A stretch of DNA of 64,000 nucleotides from Pelagibacterales bacterium SAG-MED28 (GCA_014653835.1 JACWDY010000003.1:5621-69620), one strand, 5' to 3'. Counted from the first letter of the stretch, positions 11,380 to 20,497 are shown. Made by a program: numbers and translations. The notes: generated by a model not told the origin, from the letters alone.

Positions 11380-12429
11380 ATGAAAAAAATACAATTTGCA
11401 TTAGTTGCTTTGTTGTCTATTTTGATAACTAAAGTTTCAAATGCTGGAGAAATGACTGTAACTGGTAAAGCACTTGCAACTTACGTGACAGGTGGTACAG
11501 ATGCCTCATCTGGAAAATCAATTGGTATAGCCAATGAACTAGATTTTACAGCAAGTGGAGAACTAGATAACGGCTTCACTTGGAAATACCAAGTACAATT
11601 AGACGATGCTACAACAGTAAATGATGACACTAGACTAGAAATCGGAGGCGATTTCGGTAAGATAGGTATCTACGCAAGTGAAGGTGGTTTATCATCTGAA
11701 TTAGCTTATGGTATCGGTGCATTAGGCGTTGGTAATGATTATAATAAACTATCTAGCGGCGCTGATTGGGAAGGTCTAGATGTATCAGATTATGGTAACA
11801 TTCAATACCATACGCCAAAAGATCTAATTCCATTTGGAACAACTGTTAAGTTAGGTATTGCTCCTAACACTAACACAAGTTCTAAAGGTTTATCTGCTAA
11901 AGAAAGTGGTACCGTTGGTGATTACGCTGATGGAAAAAGATTGGAACAAATATACATCCAATCTAAACCTATTGATGGATTAACGATTACAGGTGACGTT
12001 GCTAGAACTGCAGGCGCTGTCGGTGGAACTATTCAAGCTGATGACGGTGCTTCTGCCAACCTTTCTGCAAAATATACGATAGGTCAATTTTCTATTGGAT
12101 ATGGAGAAGGTGGATATCAAGATCCAACAACTACTGGATTTACAACTGTTTATGAAAAAGAATATGCAGGAATTCAGTTTGATGCGAATGATGCTATATC
12201 CGTATCGTATGCAGTAGAAGATCTTGAAAAGAGAACTAGATCTGCAATGGCTGCTGGAGATACAACTACTAATAAAACTACAGTTGTTAACGAACTTCAA
12301 AGTGTGCAATTAGCGTATACAACAGGTGGAATGACATTAGGTCTTGCTCAAATAGAGGAAGATAATGCTGACTTCACAGCTGGTAGAAAAGCTACTAACA
12401 CAATTGCTTCACTAGCAATAGCATTTTAA
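11380..12429 (+). CDS. Outer-membrane porin, copy 2 (paralog of 9692..10744)
   Basis: Shares AGEMTVTG, NELDFTASGELDNG.TWKYQVQLD, SEGGLSSELAYGIGALG and GQFSIGYGEGGYQ with porin 1; C-terminal Phe. Confidence 0.85.
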   Translation: MKKIQFALVALLSILITKVSNAGEMTVTGKALATYVTGGTDASSGKSIGIANELDFTASGELDNGFTWKYQVQLDDATTVNDDTRLEIGGDFGKIGIYASEGGLSSELAYGIGALGVGNDYNKLSSGADWEGLDVSDYGNIQYHTPKDLIPFGTTVKLGIAPNTNTSSKGLSAKESGTVGDYADGKRLEQIYIQSKPIDGLTITGDVARTAGAVGGTIQADDGASANLSAKYTIGQFSIGYGEGGYQDPTTTGFTTVYEKEYAGIQFDANDAISVSYAVEDLEKRTRSAMAAGDTTTNKTTVVNELQSVQLAYTTGGMTLGLAQIEEDNADFTAGRKATNTIASLAIAF

Positions 12430-12440
12430 TTTAAGCAAAT

Positions 12441-12479
12441 AATTAAAAAAGCCGGTTAATTATATTAGCCGGCTTTTTT
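12441..12479. repeat. 39-bp direct repeat, copy 2; bidirectional terminator overlapping the ThiE-like 3' end
   Basis: Identical to 10760-10798. Confidence 0.93.
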
Positions 12480-13015
12480 TTTATCGCAGATAATAAAGCA
12501 AATCCTTCAGAATTTACGTTATTCAAATAATTTAAATTATTAATTGATATTCCCCCAAGAGGTATCAAGTTTTTATTAATTTTTAGATAATTATTAAATT
12601 TAATTACTCCAAGACACGAAGCTTTTTTGTCGTAATTTACTAAAAAAAGTTTTGAAAACAAGATAACTTTACAACCTTGTCTTTTTTTAAAAGTTATTTC
12701 TTGTAAATTATGGGCTGATCCAATTATAGTAAAATTGAACTTTTTAAGTGATAAAACTTTTAGGCTTTTATTAAAAGCAGACATATAAATTCCATCTGAA
12801 TTTAATAACACAGCTAGTTTAGCATTGTTAGCTACATAAAATTTGATTGATTTTAGTTTACAAGTTCTTCTAAAATTTAATAAATCAGATAAATGTTCAA
12901 TATTATTTTTATTTCTGTAGATTATTGAAAATTTATCTCGCTTTTTTATGTTTTTTAAATCTATATCTTTGATACTTTCAATTATAAAAAAATATTTATT
13001 TTTACGTATGAACAT
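12443..13015 (-). CDS. Thiamine-phosphate synthase/TenI-like TIM-barrel protein (divergent)
   Basis: DGIY, IIGSAHN, S.LF and IPLGGI motifs; adjacent to yggS as in other alphaproteobacteria. Confidence 0.7.
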   Translation of the reverse strand: MFIRKNKYFFIIESIKDIDLKNIKKRDKFSIIYRNKNNIEHLSDLLNFRRTCKLKSIKFYVANNAKLAVLLNSDGIYMSAFNKSLKVLSLKKFNFTIIGSAHNLQEITFKKRQGCKVILFSKLFLVNYDKKASCLGVIKFNNYLKINKNLIPLGGISINNLNYLNNVNSEGFALLSAIKKKPANIINRLF

Positions 13016-13666
13016 ATGAATATAGTAGTAGAAAGATATACCAAAATAAAATCGAATATTGTCTCTTTAAAGCCAATAAAGCCAGTAAACATAATTGCTG
13101 TAAGCAAAACTTTTCCTCTGGAACATATACATCCGCTAATAGAGCATGGACATATCCATTATGGGGAAAACAAGGTTCAAGAGGCCATGGCTAAGTGGTC
13201 AGAAAAAAAAGCAACTAATCAAAACCTGAAATTACATATGATAGGTAAGCTGCAAAGTAATAAAGCTAAAGATGCAGTAAAAATTTTTGATTATATTCAC
13301 TCCCTTGATAATCAGAAATTGGCAGATACTTTAGCTAAACATCAAAAAAATTTAAAAAAAGAAATTGAGTATTTTATTCAAGTTAACATTGGTAATGAAA
13401 TTCAAAAATCAGGAATACCAGTCAATGAACTAGATTCTTTTTATAATTATTGTATTAATGAAATTAAACTTAAAATTATAGGCCTTATGATTATACCTCC
13501 GAACGATAAAAACTCAGAAAAATATTTTAAATCATTAAACGAATTAAATAAATCTCTTGCTCTTGAAAATTTAAGCATGGGTATGTCTGCAGATTATTTA
13601 AGTGCTATTAAACATGGTTCAACGTTTGTAAGGATTGGAAGTTCTATTTTTGGTTCACGATCTTAA
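13016..13666 (+). CDS. yggS: PLP homeostasis protein YggS
   Basis: IAVSKT, GENKVQE, HMIGKLQSNK, LSMGMSAD, VRIGSSIFG. Confidence 0.96.
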   Translation: MNIVVERYTKIKSNIVSLKPIKPVNIIAVSKTFPLEHIHPLIEHGHIHYGENKVQEAMAKWSEKKATNQNLKLHMIGKLQSNKAKDAVKIFDYIHSLDNQKLADTLAKHQKNLKKEIEYFIQVNIGNEIQKSGIPVNELDSFYNYCINEIKLKIIGLMIIPPNDKNSEKYFKSLNELNKSLALENLSMGMSADYLSAIKHGSTFVRIGSSIFGSRS

Positions 13667-14144
13667 TTTTTGTATAAATTGTTATTTCTTTTAGGATTTT
13701 TAAAAGTGCTAGCTTTTCAACAGCTACACAACCCTGCGTTTTTTTATAATTTTTTTTTGCAACATGAATAAATATGGCGCTACCTTTATTTTTTTTGATA
13801 GGACTCATATTATAATTTAATACTAAAACAATATCGTAAATATTTTCTCTCTTAAAAAGTTTTTCATAACTATATTTGAAAGGTAAGTTTATAAGTTTAT
13901 TGTATTTTTTTGATTTTGGATCATCACACCAACCCATATTCTTTTTGATTACAATTTTTTTTAATTTTGACTGAATTTTTTTAATACGATCTTTTCTGTA
14001 CAATATATACTTAATTTTGTACCGTCCAACTGGAGTTTTTAAGTCACCTTCTTTTTTCTTAAGGCCAATTCCCCTTTTACCTACAGCGCATTTTACTTTA
14101 TATTTGTCGTAAGTAAGATATTTCTTATTTATTAAAATATGCAT
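13644..14144 (-). CDS. L,D-transpeptidase (YkuD-like)
   Basis: KKEGD.KTP.G, WCDDP, GSAIFIH...TQGCVA catalytic His/Cys. Confidence 0.88.
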   Translation of the reverse strand: MHILINKKYLTYDKYKVKCAVGKRGIGLKKKEGDLKTPVGRYKIKYILYRKDRIKKIQSKLKKIVIKKNMGWCDDPKSKKYNKLINLPFKYSYEKLFKRENIYDIVLVLNYNMSPIKKNKGSAIFIHVAKKNYKKTQGCVAVEKLALLKILKEITIYTKIKIVNQK

Positions 14145-14744
14145 AAGCTAAATGTTCTAATTCTTGGACCTTCTTCATTTATTTCTACATTAAATGAACT
14201 TAAAAGTTTTTTAAAGTTTAATCCTATTTTTGACAATTTAAATAATAAACACGATGTTTATTTAATTCACGATGAAGTATTAAATGATAAGAATAAAAAA
14301 AAGTTTATCGATAGCACTGATACTATAAAAATATATGCATCTAAGAAAAAAAAATTATTAGATAATTTTGATGCTTTTCTTGAACTTCCAGCTAACTTAA
14401 AAGAAATAAATGCTGCGGTAGAAAACATAGCTGCAAAATCAAAGTTTAGCGAAAATTCCTCAATTGAAATAAAAAACTATGTATTAAATAAGAATGAAAA
14501 AAGATTATATAGGCAAAAAAATTTTATAATTTTGACTGAGAAAGAGGTTCAACTTCTTCAACTATTTTTTAAAAAGAGAAAACCGATTTCAAAAGTTAAT
14601 ATTTTATCTACTGTTTGGAATTATTCAGAAGATGCCGATACGCATACTGTCGAGACACATATCTATAGATTGAGAAAAAAGATCAGTGATAAATTTATGG
14701 ATGAAAAATTTATATTTAATAATAAAGACGGTTATTACCTTTGA
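14139..14744 (+). CDS. OmpR-family winged-helix regulator, CenR-like, with degenerate receiver domain
   Basis: LTEKE...VWNY...THTVETHIYRLRKKI...GYYL; no N-terminal acidic pair. Confidence 0.8.
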   Translation: MHKLNVLILGPSSFISTLNELKSFLKFNPIFDNLNNKHDVYLIHDEVLNDKNKKKFIDSTDTIKIYASKKKKLLDNFDAFLELPANLKEINAAVENIAAKSKFSENSSIEIKNYVLNKNEKRLYRQKNFIILTEKEVQLLQLFFKKRKPISKVNILSTVWNYSEDADTHTVETHIYRLRKKISDKFMDEKFIFNNKDGYYL

Positions 14745-14848
14745 AAAAAAGAAATAAAATTGCAAAAGATCTTTTTACTATTAAGTACAGAAAAAGAGTT
14801 GTAAAGCCAAAAAAAGGTAAAGGCAGTTTTAAAAGAAAAAAAAATTAA
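14741..14848 (+). CDS. arfA: Alternative ribosome-rescue factor ArfA-like peptide, 35 aa (not in ORF track)
   Basis: TTG start overlaps the upstream TGA. MKKRNKIAKDLFTIKYRKRVVKPKKGKGSFKRKKN carries the ArfA R..KKGKGS motif. Confidence 0.8.
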   Translation: MKKRNKIAKDLFTIKYRKRVVKPKKGKGSFKRKKN

Positions 14849-15774
14849 CTTAGTCTAGCTCCAATAATTTGAATTATTTTAGATGACATTTTTGTTCCAA
14901 TTTCTAAACTTTCTTTAATAGATTTATTATTTATCAATCCGTGTAAAAAGCCACCAGCAAATAAATCGCCAGCGCCTGTAAGGTCTTTTATTTTGAGGTT
15001 ACTTTTAGCAGAGCACTCTGTGACTTCGTTTTTGCTTACTACTAAAGCTCCCTTTTTGCCTCGTGTTATAATAATCAATTTATTAAGCTCTTTAGCGAAT
15101 CCAACAACTTCATCAAAACTCCTTGCATTTATTAAGGACATAATCTCTTGTTCGTTCGCAAATGTAATATCTAGTTTACTTTTAACTAATTCAAGGAAAT
15201 GAGGCTTATGTCTTTCTACGCAAAATAAGTCAGATAATGACATAGCAACTTTATTAGCGTTATTTATTGCCTTTTCAAAAGCTTTTTTCGGTTCACCCTC
15301 ATCCCAAAGATATCCCTCTAAAAATAAAATTTCACTTTTTTTAACTGCATTTGTATCGATATCCTTTTCACTTATTTTTCCTGCAGTCCCTAGAAAAGTT
15401 ATCATGGTTCTTTCTGAGTCTGGTGTAATTAATATTAAACAAGTTCCAGTTGGAGTTACTTCCTTTTTTTTGGAATAGAAGAAATCAACATTTTCTTTTT
15501 TTAAACCCTCTTCATATTTAATCCCTAAGTGGTCATCACTTACCTTTCCAATAAAACCAACTTTATTACCAAGCTGGGAAAGCCCCACAATTGAATTAGC
15601 TACTGAACCTCCAGAAACTGTTTCTTCTATTTTAAGTGTTGATAATAGTTTTTTAAACTCAGACTCGTCTACAAGCTTCATCGTACTTTTTATAAGATTA
15701 TTTTGTTTTATAAAGCTTTCATCAACTTTACAAATTACATCGACAATTGCGTTGCCTATTCCTAAAATTTTCAT
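14845..15774 (-). CDS. PfkB-family (adenosine kinase-like) kinase
   Basis: GIGNAIVD, SGGSVANS, EGYLWD, FANEQE, DLTGAGDLFAGG. Confidence 0.92.
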   Translation of the reverse strand: MKILGIGNAIVDVICKVDESFIKQNNLIKSTMKLVDESEFKKLLSTLKIEETVSGGSVANSIVGLSQLGNKVGFIGKVSDDHLGIKYEEGLKKENVDFFYSKKKEVTPTGTCLILITPDSERTMITFLGTAGKISEKDIDTNAVKKSEILFLEGYLWDEGEPKKAFEKAINNANKVAMSLSDLFCVERHKPHFLELVKSKLDITFANEQEIMSLINARSFDEVVGFAKELNKLIIITRGKKGALVVSKNEVTECSAKSNLKIKDLTGAGDLFAGGFLHGLINNKSIKESLEIGTKMSSKIIQIIGARLS

Positions 15775-16428
15775 TTATGCTTTTTTGGTTTTAATTGGTT
15801 TTTTTCTATTTGGATAACAGCTTTTACAAATTTTACAAGTTATTCCAAAACAATCTCTAGCTTTGCAATATTCTCTTCCATACCAGATTATTTGTAAGTG
15901 AAGTTTATTCCAGTATTTCTTTTGAAAGATATTCTTTAAGTCTTTTTCAGTTTGAATAACATTTTTGCCACTTGTTAAGCCCCATCTTTGTGCAAGTCTA
16001 TGAATATGAGTGTCTACAGGAAATGCTGGGAACCCAAAACCTTGAGACATCACTACACTAGCGGTTTTATGACCAACACCAGGTAATTGCTCTAATTCAT
16101 CGTAAGTCCTTGGTACTTTTCCTCTGTATTTTTCAACTAAAGTTTTAGATAAATAAAATAAACTTTTTGCCTTAACTCTAAAAATTCCAATTCTTTTAAT
16201 TAATCTCTCAATTTTTTTTCTCCCAAGTTTCACAAAATGTTCGGGTTTATTATATTTGGGATAAATATCTTTTGTTACATTATTAACATTTACATCCGTA
16301 CATTGCGCTGATAGCAAAACAGAAACTAAAAGTGTAAACGTATTTTTATAATTTAATGGTATAGGAATTTTAGGATAAGTTTTATTTAGTATCCTAGATA
16401 TAATTTTAGCCTTTTCTTTATTGTTCAC
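15775..16428 (-). CDS. nth: Endonuclease III
   Basis: LLSAQCTD, HhH LPGVGHKTA, VDTHIHR; Cys-rich C-terminus. Confidence 0.93.
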   Translation of the reverse strand: MNNKEKAKIISRILNKTYPKIPIPLNYKNTFTLLVSVLLSAQCTDVNVNNVTKDIYPKYNKPEHFVKLGRKKIERLIKRIGIFRVKAKSLFYLSKTLVEKYRGKVPRTYDELEQLPGVGHKTASVVMSQGFGFPAFPVDTHIHRLAQRWGLTSGKNVIQTEKDLKNIFQKKYWNKLHLQIIWYGREYCKARDCFGITCKICKSCYPNRKKPIKTKKA

Positions 16429-17201
16429 TTAAAATTTAGTAGGTCACGCATAGAGTAAAGACCAGCTTTTTTAGACATTAACCAAACGGCAGCAGTTAAT
16501 GCACCATCAGAATATAAAGCTCTATCAAAAGATTCATGATTTAGAGTTACTATTTCTTTTCCACTTGTGAATTTCACCTCATGCTCACCTATCACCTCAC
16601 CTTTTCTTAATGAATTAAAATTAATTTTTTTTGAATATGGAAAAGATTTTTTGTTTAAGTATTTTCTTCCCATTATATTGTTTAAATTCTTCTTTTGACC
16701 ATCTGCAATTCCTTTACCTAGCATTAAAGCTGTGCCAGACGGATAATCAATTTTATGTTTATGATGGACTTCGTAAATTTTACTTAAAAAATTTTTACCA
16801 AGGGACTTTGAAGCGATTTCAGTTAAATACATTAATAAATTTACTCCTAAACTCATATTTCCGGCTTTAAGAATAGGGATTTTTTTCGAAAATTTTTTTA
16901 TTAAAATTTCGTCTTTTTTTGAAAAACCTGTGGTTCCAATTACTACTCTTTTTTTTAGTTTTGAAGCTATTTTTAAAATTTCAATTGTACATTTAGGAAT
17001 AGTAAAATCGATTATTACATTTGTTTTTTTGAAGGCCTCAATGTTGTTAGTTGTTGGATTTATTCCTGAAATCTTTTTATTTATAATTCTATTCTCAGTT
17101 AAAGAAATTAATTTAAAATTTTTATTTCTTTTTGAAGATTTGATAAGCTGCTGACCCATCCTCCCCATACATCCAGAAATTGATAAATTAATTTTTTTCA
17201 T
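16425..17201 (-). CDS. dapB: 4-hydroxy-tetrahydrodipicolinate reductase
   Basis: GCMGRMG, IDFT, IGTTG, EVHHKHKIDYPSGTA. Start re-called at MKKINL (17201), coupled to the upstream small ORF. Confidence 0.95.
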   Translation of the reverse strand: MKKINLSISGCMGRMGQQLIKSSKRNKNFKLISLTENRIINKKISGINPTTNNIEAFKKTNVIIDFTIPKCTIEILKIASKLKKRVVIGTTGFSKKDEILIKKFSKKIPILKAGNMSLGVNLLMYLTEIASKSLGKNFLSKIYEVHHKHKIDYPSGTALMLGKGIADGQKKNLNNIMGRKYLNKKSFPYSKKINFNSLRKGEVIGEHEVKFTSGKEIVTLNHESFDRALYSDGALTAAVWLMSKKAGLYSMRDLLNFK

Positions 17202-17368
17202 CCACTTATAAAGTACATGATTACTATAATAACTAAAGTAATTATAGCCCAAATAGAAAGATTTCTTAAAAATTCTTTTAATTTATTATTTGTTGAAAGA
17301 AAATTTGGTAAAATTAAAATTATTACTGCAATTAAAAAAATTGCAGACATTATTTGGTTGGTATCCAT
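17198..17368 (-). CDS. Small two-TM membrane protein, 56 aa (not in ORF track)
   Basis: MDTNQIMSAIFLIAVIILILPNFLSTNNKLKEFLRNLSIWAIITLVIIVIMYFISG; fills the dnaJ-dapB gap, with an ATGA overlap with dapB. Confidence 0.75.
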   Translation of the reverse strand: MDTNQIMSAIFLIAVIILILPNFLSTNNKLKEFLRNLSIWAIITLVIIVIMYFISG

Positions 17369-17373
17369 TTATA

Positions 17374-18495
17374 TTATGAACTTCTCCAAAATTTTTTAGC
17401 TTTTTCAAAGAAATTCTTTATAATTGGATCAGGTTTATTTTTTTCAATTTCACCAAATTCTTCAAGAATTTCCCTTTGTTTTTTTGATAAAGAATTTGGT
17501 ACCTGAGCGTTTATCCTTATATATAAATCACCAAATAAATGTCTTCTTAAGATTGGCATCCCTTTACCTTTAAGCCTAAACTGCTTACCGTGTTGAGTTC
17601 CTGCAGGAATTTTAATTTTGGATTTTCCTCCGTCGATTGAGGGTACCTCGACTGAAGTGCCAAGTGCTGCATCAGTAAAAGAAATAGGCAATTCATAATA
17701 TAAATTTTCCTCTGCTCTTTTAAAAATTTCGTGATTATCGATTGAAATAAATAAATATAAGTCTCCACTAGAGCCACCTTTAGAACCAGCTTCACCTTTT
17801 CCAGAAACTCTAATTCTTGTGCCGTCATCAACACCTTTTGGAATTTTTACTGTAACATTTTCATTGGCTTGGACTTTTCCATTTCCACTGCATCTATTAC
17901 ATGGACTACCAATCATTTCCCCGTAACCGCTACACTGTGGACACGTTTGTTGAACAGTAAAAAATCCTTGATTAGTCCTTACTTTACCTTTTCCTGAACA
18001 GTAATTACATTTAACAGGCTTAGATCCTTTAGCAGCTCCACTTCCCGAACAAGATGAACAAGATTTATAAGTTGTATATTTTACGTCCTTTTGAATACCT
18101 CTATAAGCGTCCTCTAAATTAATATTTACATCATATCTAAGATCATTACCTCTATTGCTAGATCTTCTTGAAGAGCTTCCTCCTCCAAAGTCACCAAAAA
18201 AGTCTTCAAAAATATCTGAGAAAGAAGATGTATCAAAACCACCAAAGCCCTGTCCGGCACCTCCACTTCCTTCAAAAGCGGCATGACCAAATTGATCGTA
18301 ATTAGCTTTTCTCTTATCATCAGAAAGAATATGGTAAGCTTCACTTGCTTCTTTAAATTTCTCTTCTGAATCTTTGTCGCCTTTAGTTTTATCTGGATGA
18401 TATTTTAATGCGAGTTTTCTATAAGCTTTTTTGATATCATCTTTAGATGCAGATTTAGTTACACCTAAGACATCATAACAATCTCTTTTAGCCAC
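17374..18495 (-). CDS. dnaJ: Chaperone DnaJ
   Basis: HPD J-domain, G/F region, four CxxCxGxG repeats; GTG start after AGGAG. Confidence 0.98.
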   Translation of the reverse strand: MAKRDCYDVLGVTKSASKDDIKKAYRKLALKYHPDKTKGDKDSEEKFKEASEAYHILSDDKRKANYDQFGHAAFEGSGGAGQGFGGFDTSSFSDIFEDFFGDFGGGSSSRRSSNRGNDLRYDVNINLEDAYRGIQKDVKYTTYKSCSSCSGSGAAKGSKPVKCNYCSGKGKVRTNQGFFTVQQTCPQCSGYGEMIGSPCNRCSGNGKVQANENVTVKIPKGVDDGTRIRVSGKGEAGSKGGSSGDLYLFISIDNHEIFKRAEENLYYELPISFTDAALGTSVEVPSIDGGKSKIKIPAGTQHGKQFRLKGKGMPILRRHLFGDLYIRINAQVPNSLSKKQREILEEFGEIEKNKPDPIIKNFFEKAKKFWRSS

Positions 18496-18514
18496 AGGAC
18501 GTCTCCTTTATTTC

Positions 18515-20443
18515 TTAGGCGCTTTTTTCTTTATCTTCTTCTTTTTCTTTTACGTCTTCAAAATCAGCATCTACTACGTTATCTTTATTATCAGGTTTAT
18601 TTTCTTTTGTGCCTTCAGCTTTACCAGGTTCAGGTTTTTGTTGGCTCTTATAAACTGCTTCACCTAATTTCATAGAAACCTGAATTAAATTTTGTGTTTT
18701 CTTCTTAATATCCTCTGCATCAGTTCCTTCTAAAGATTTCTTAAGATCTGCAATACCATTTTCTATAGCTTTTTTCTCTTCTGCTGAAATTTTGTCACCG
18801 TGTTCTTTTAAACTTTTTTCTGTAGAAAATACTAAGCTGTCTGCCTGGTTTCTAGCATCGACTGACTCTCTCTTCTTCTTATCAGCCTCTTTGTTTGCTT
18901 CTGCCTCTTTAACCATTTTGCTAATTTCTTCTTCGGACAAACCACCCGAAGCTTGAATTTGAATTTTTTGCTCTTTTCCAGTTCCTTTATCTTTTGCTGA
19001 AACATTAACAATACCATTTGCATCAATATCAAAAGTAACTTCAATTTGAGGAGTTCCTCTTGCAGCAGGAGGAATTCCTACTAATTCAAAGTTTCCTAAA
19101 ATTTTATTGTCTGCAGCCATCTCTCTTTCACCTTGAAGGACTCTAATTGATACTGCTGGTTGATTATCCTCTGCAGTAGAAAAAACCTGGCTTTTCTTGG
19201 TTGGAATAGTTGTATTCTTTTCAATTAATTTTGTTGATACACCACCAAGTGTTTCAATCCCAAGTGACAGAGGAGTCACATCTAATAACAATACGTCCTT
19301 AACATCACCTTGTAAAACACCTGCTTGAATAGCAGCGCCCATGGCAACAACTTCATCTGGGTTCACACTTTTGTTTGGTTCTTTACCAAAGAAATTTTTA
19401 ACCGTTTCAATAATTTTTGGCATTCTAGTCATTCCTCCTACTAAAACCACTTCATTAATTTCAGCAGCAGAGAAACCCGAATCTTTCAAAGCTGTCTTGC
19501 AAGGCTCTAAAGTTCTTTCGATAAGATCAGACACTAAAGCCTCTAACTTTGCTCTAGTAAATTTTAAATTTACATGTTTAGGTCCAGTTTTATCAGCAGT
19601 TATAAATGGTAAATTAATTTCAGTTTGAGCAGCGGATGAAAGTTCAATCTTAGCTTTTTCTGCAGCTTCTTTTAATCTTTGTAAAGCTAATTTGTCGTTT
19701 CTTAAATCAATTCCATTATCTTTTTTAAATTCACCGATAAGATAATCTACAATAGTATCATCAAAATCTTCACCACCTAAAAAAGTGTCACCATTAGTTG
19801 ATTTAACTTCAAATACACCATCGCCTATTTCAAGTATTGATACATCAAATGTACCACCACCTAAGTCGTATACTGCAATTTTTTGACCGTTTTTTTTATC
19901 AAGTCCATAAGCAAGTGCGGCTGCTGTTGGTTCATTGATAATTCTTAAGACTTCAAGTCCTGCTATTTTTCCAGCATCTTTTGTTGCTTGTCTTTGAGCG
20001 TCATTAAAATACGCTGGCACGGTTATAACTGCTTTTGTTACAGCTTGACCTAAGTATTTTTCAGCTGTTTCTTTCATTTTTTGTAAAACAAAAGCAGAGA
20101 TTTGAGATGGAGAGTACTTTTGGCCTTTACCTTCTACCCAAGCCTCATTTTTTTCTGATTTAACAATTTTAAATGGAACTTTTCCTATATCCTTTTTAAC
20201 AGTTTCATCTTCGAAGTTTCTACCAATTAATCTTTTAGCGGCAAAGATTGTATCTTGTGCATTTGTAACAGCTTGCCTTTTCGCTGGTTGTCCAACTAAT
20301 TTTTCATCTTTTTCTAAAAAGGCTACCACCGAAGGTGTAGTTCTTGCTCCTTCAGCATTTTCTAAAACTTTAGCTTGTGAGCCATCCATTATGGCTACAC
20401 ATGAATTTGTGGTTCCTAAATCTATTCCAATTACTTTACTCAT
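18515..20443 (-). CDS. dnaK: Chaperone DnaK
   Basis: [25 protein letters not shown]. Confidence 0.99.
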   Translation of the reverse strand: MSKVIGIDLGTTNSCVAIMDGSQAKVLENAEGARTTPSVVAFLEKDEKLVGQPAKRQAVTNAQDTIFAAKRLIGRNFEDETVKKDIGKVPFKIVKSEKNEAWVEGKGQKYSPSQISAFVLQKMKETAEKYLGQAVTKAVITVPAYFNDAQRQATKDAGKIAGLEVLRIINEPTAAALAYGLDKKNGQKIAVYDLGGGTFDVSILEIGDGVFEVKSTNGDTFLGGEDFDDTIVDYLIGEFKKDNGIDLRNDKLALQRLKEAAEKAKIELSSAAQTEINLPFITADKTGPKHVNLKFTRAKLEALVSDLIERTLEPCKTALKDSGFSAAEINEVVLVGGMTRMPKIIETVKNFFGKEPNKSVNPDEVVAMGAAIQAGVLQGDVKDVLLLDVTPLSLGIETLGGVSTKLIEKNTTIPTKKSQVFSTAEDNQPAVSIRVLQGEREMAADNKILGNFELVGIPPAARGTPQIEVTFDIDANGIVNVSAKDKGTGKEQKIQIQASGGLSEEEISKMVKEAEANKEADKKKRESVDARNQADSLVFSTEKSLKEHGDKISAEEKKAIENGIADLKKSLEGTDAEDIKKKTQNLIQVSMKLGEAVYKSQQKPEPGKAEGTKENKPDNKDNVVDADFEDVKEKEEDKEKSA

Positions 20444-20467
20444 TATTTAATTCCTTATGTTAATTCC

Positions 20468-20496
20468 TATATGGGTGTTTTTTCTGAATCTACAAG
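20468..20496 (-). promoter_or_regulatory. RpoH (sigma32)-type promoter of dnaK
   Basis: Minus strand reads CTTGTA-gattcagaaaaaaca-CCCATATA, resembling the alphaproteobacterial CTTG..CCTATAT consensus. Confidence 0.7.
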
Positions 20497-20497
20497 G

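Noticed and set aside
10760-12479. 39-bp repeats as a CRISPR array or IS/prophage ends
   Set aside because: Only two copies 1.7 kb apart; no cas, transposase or integrase gene in the window.
17217-17399. 60-aa plus-strand ORF
   Set aside because: It is the antisense shadow of the better-fitting minus-strand ORF 17198..17368.
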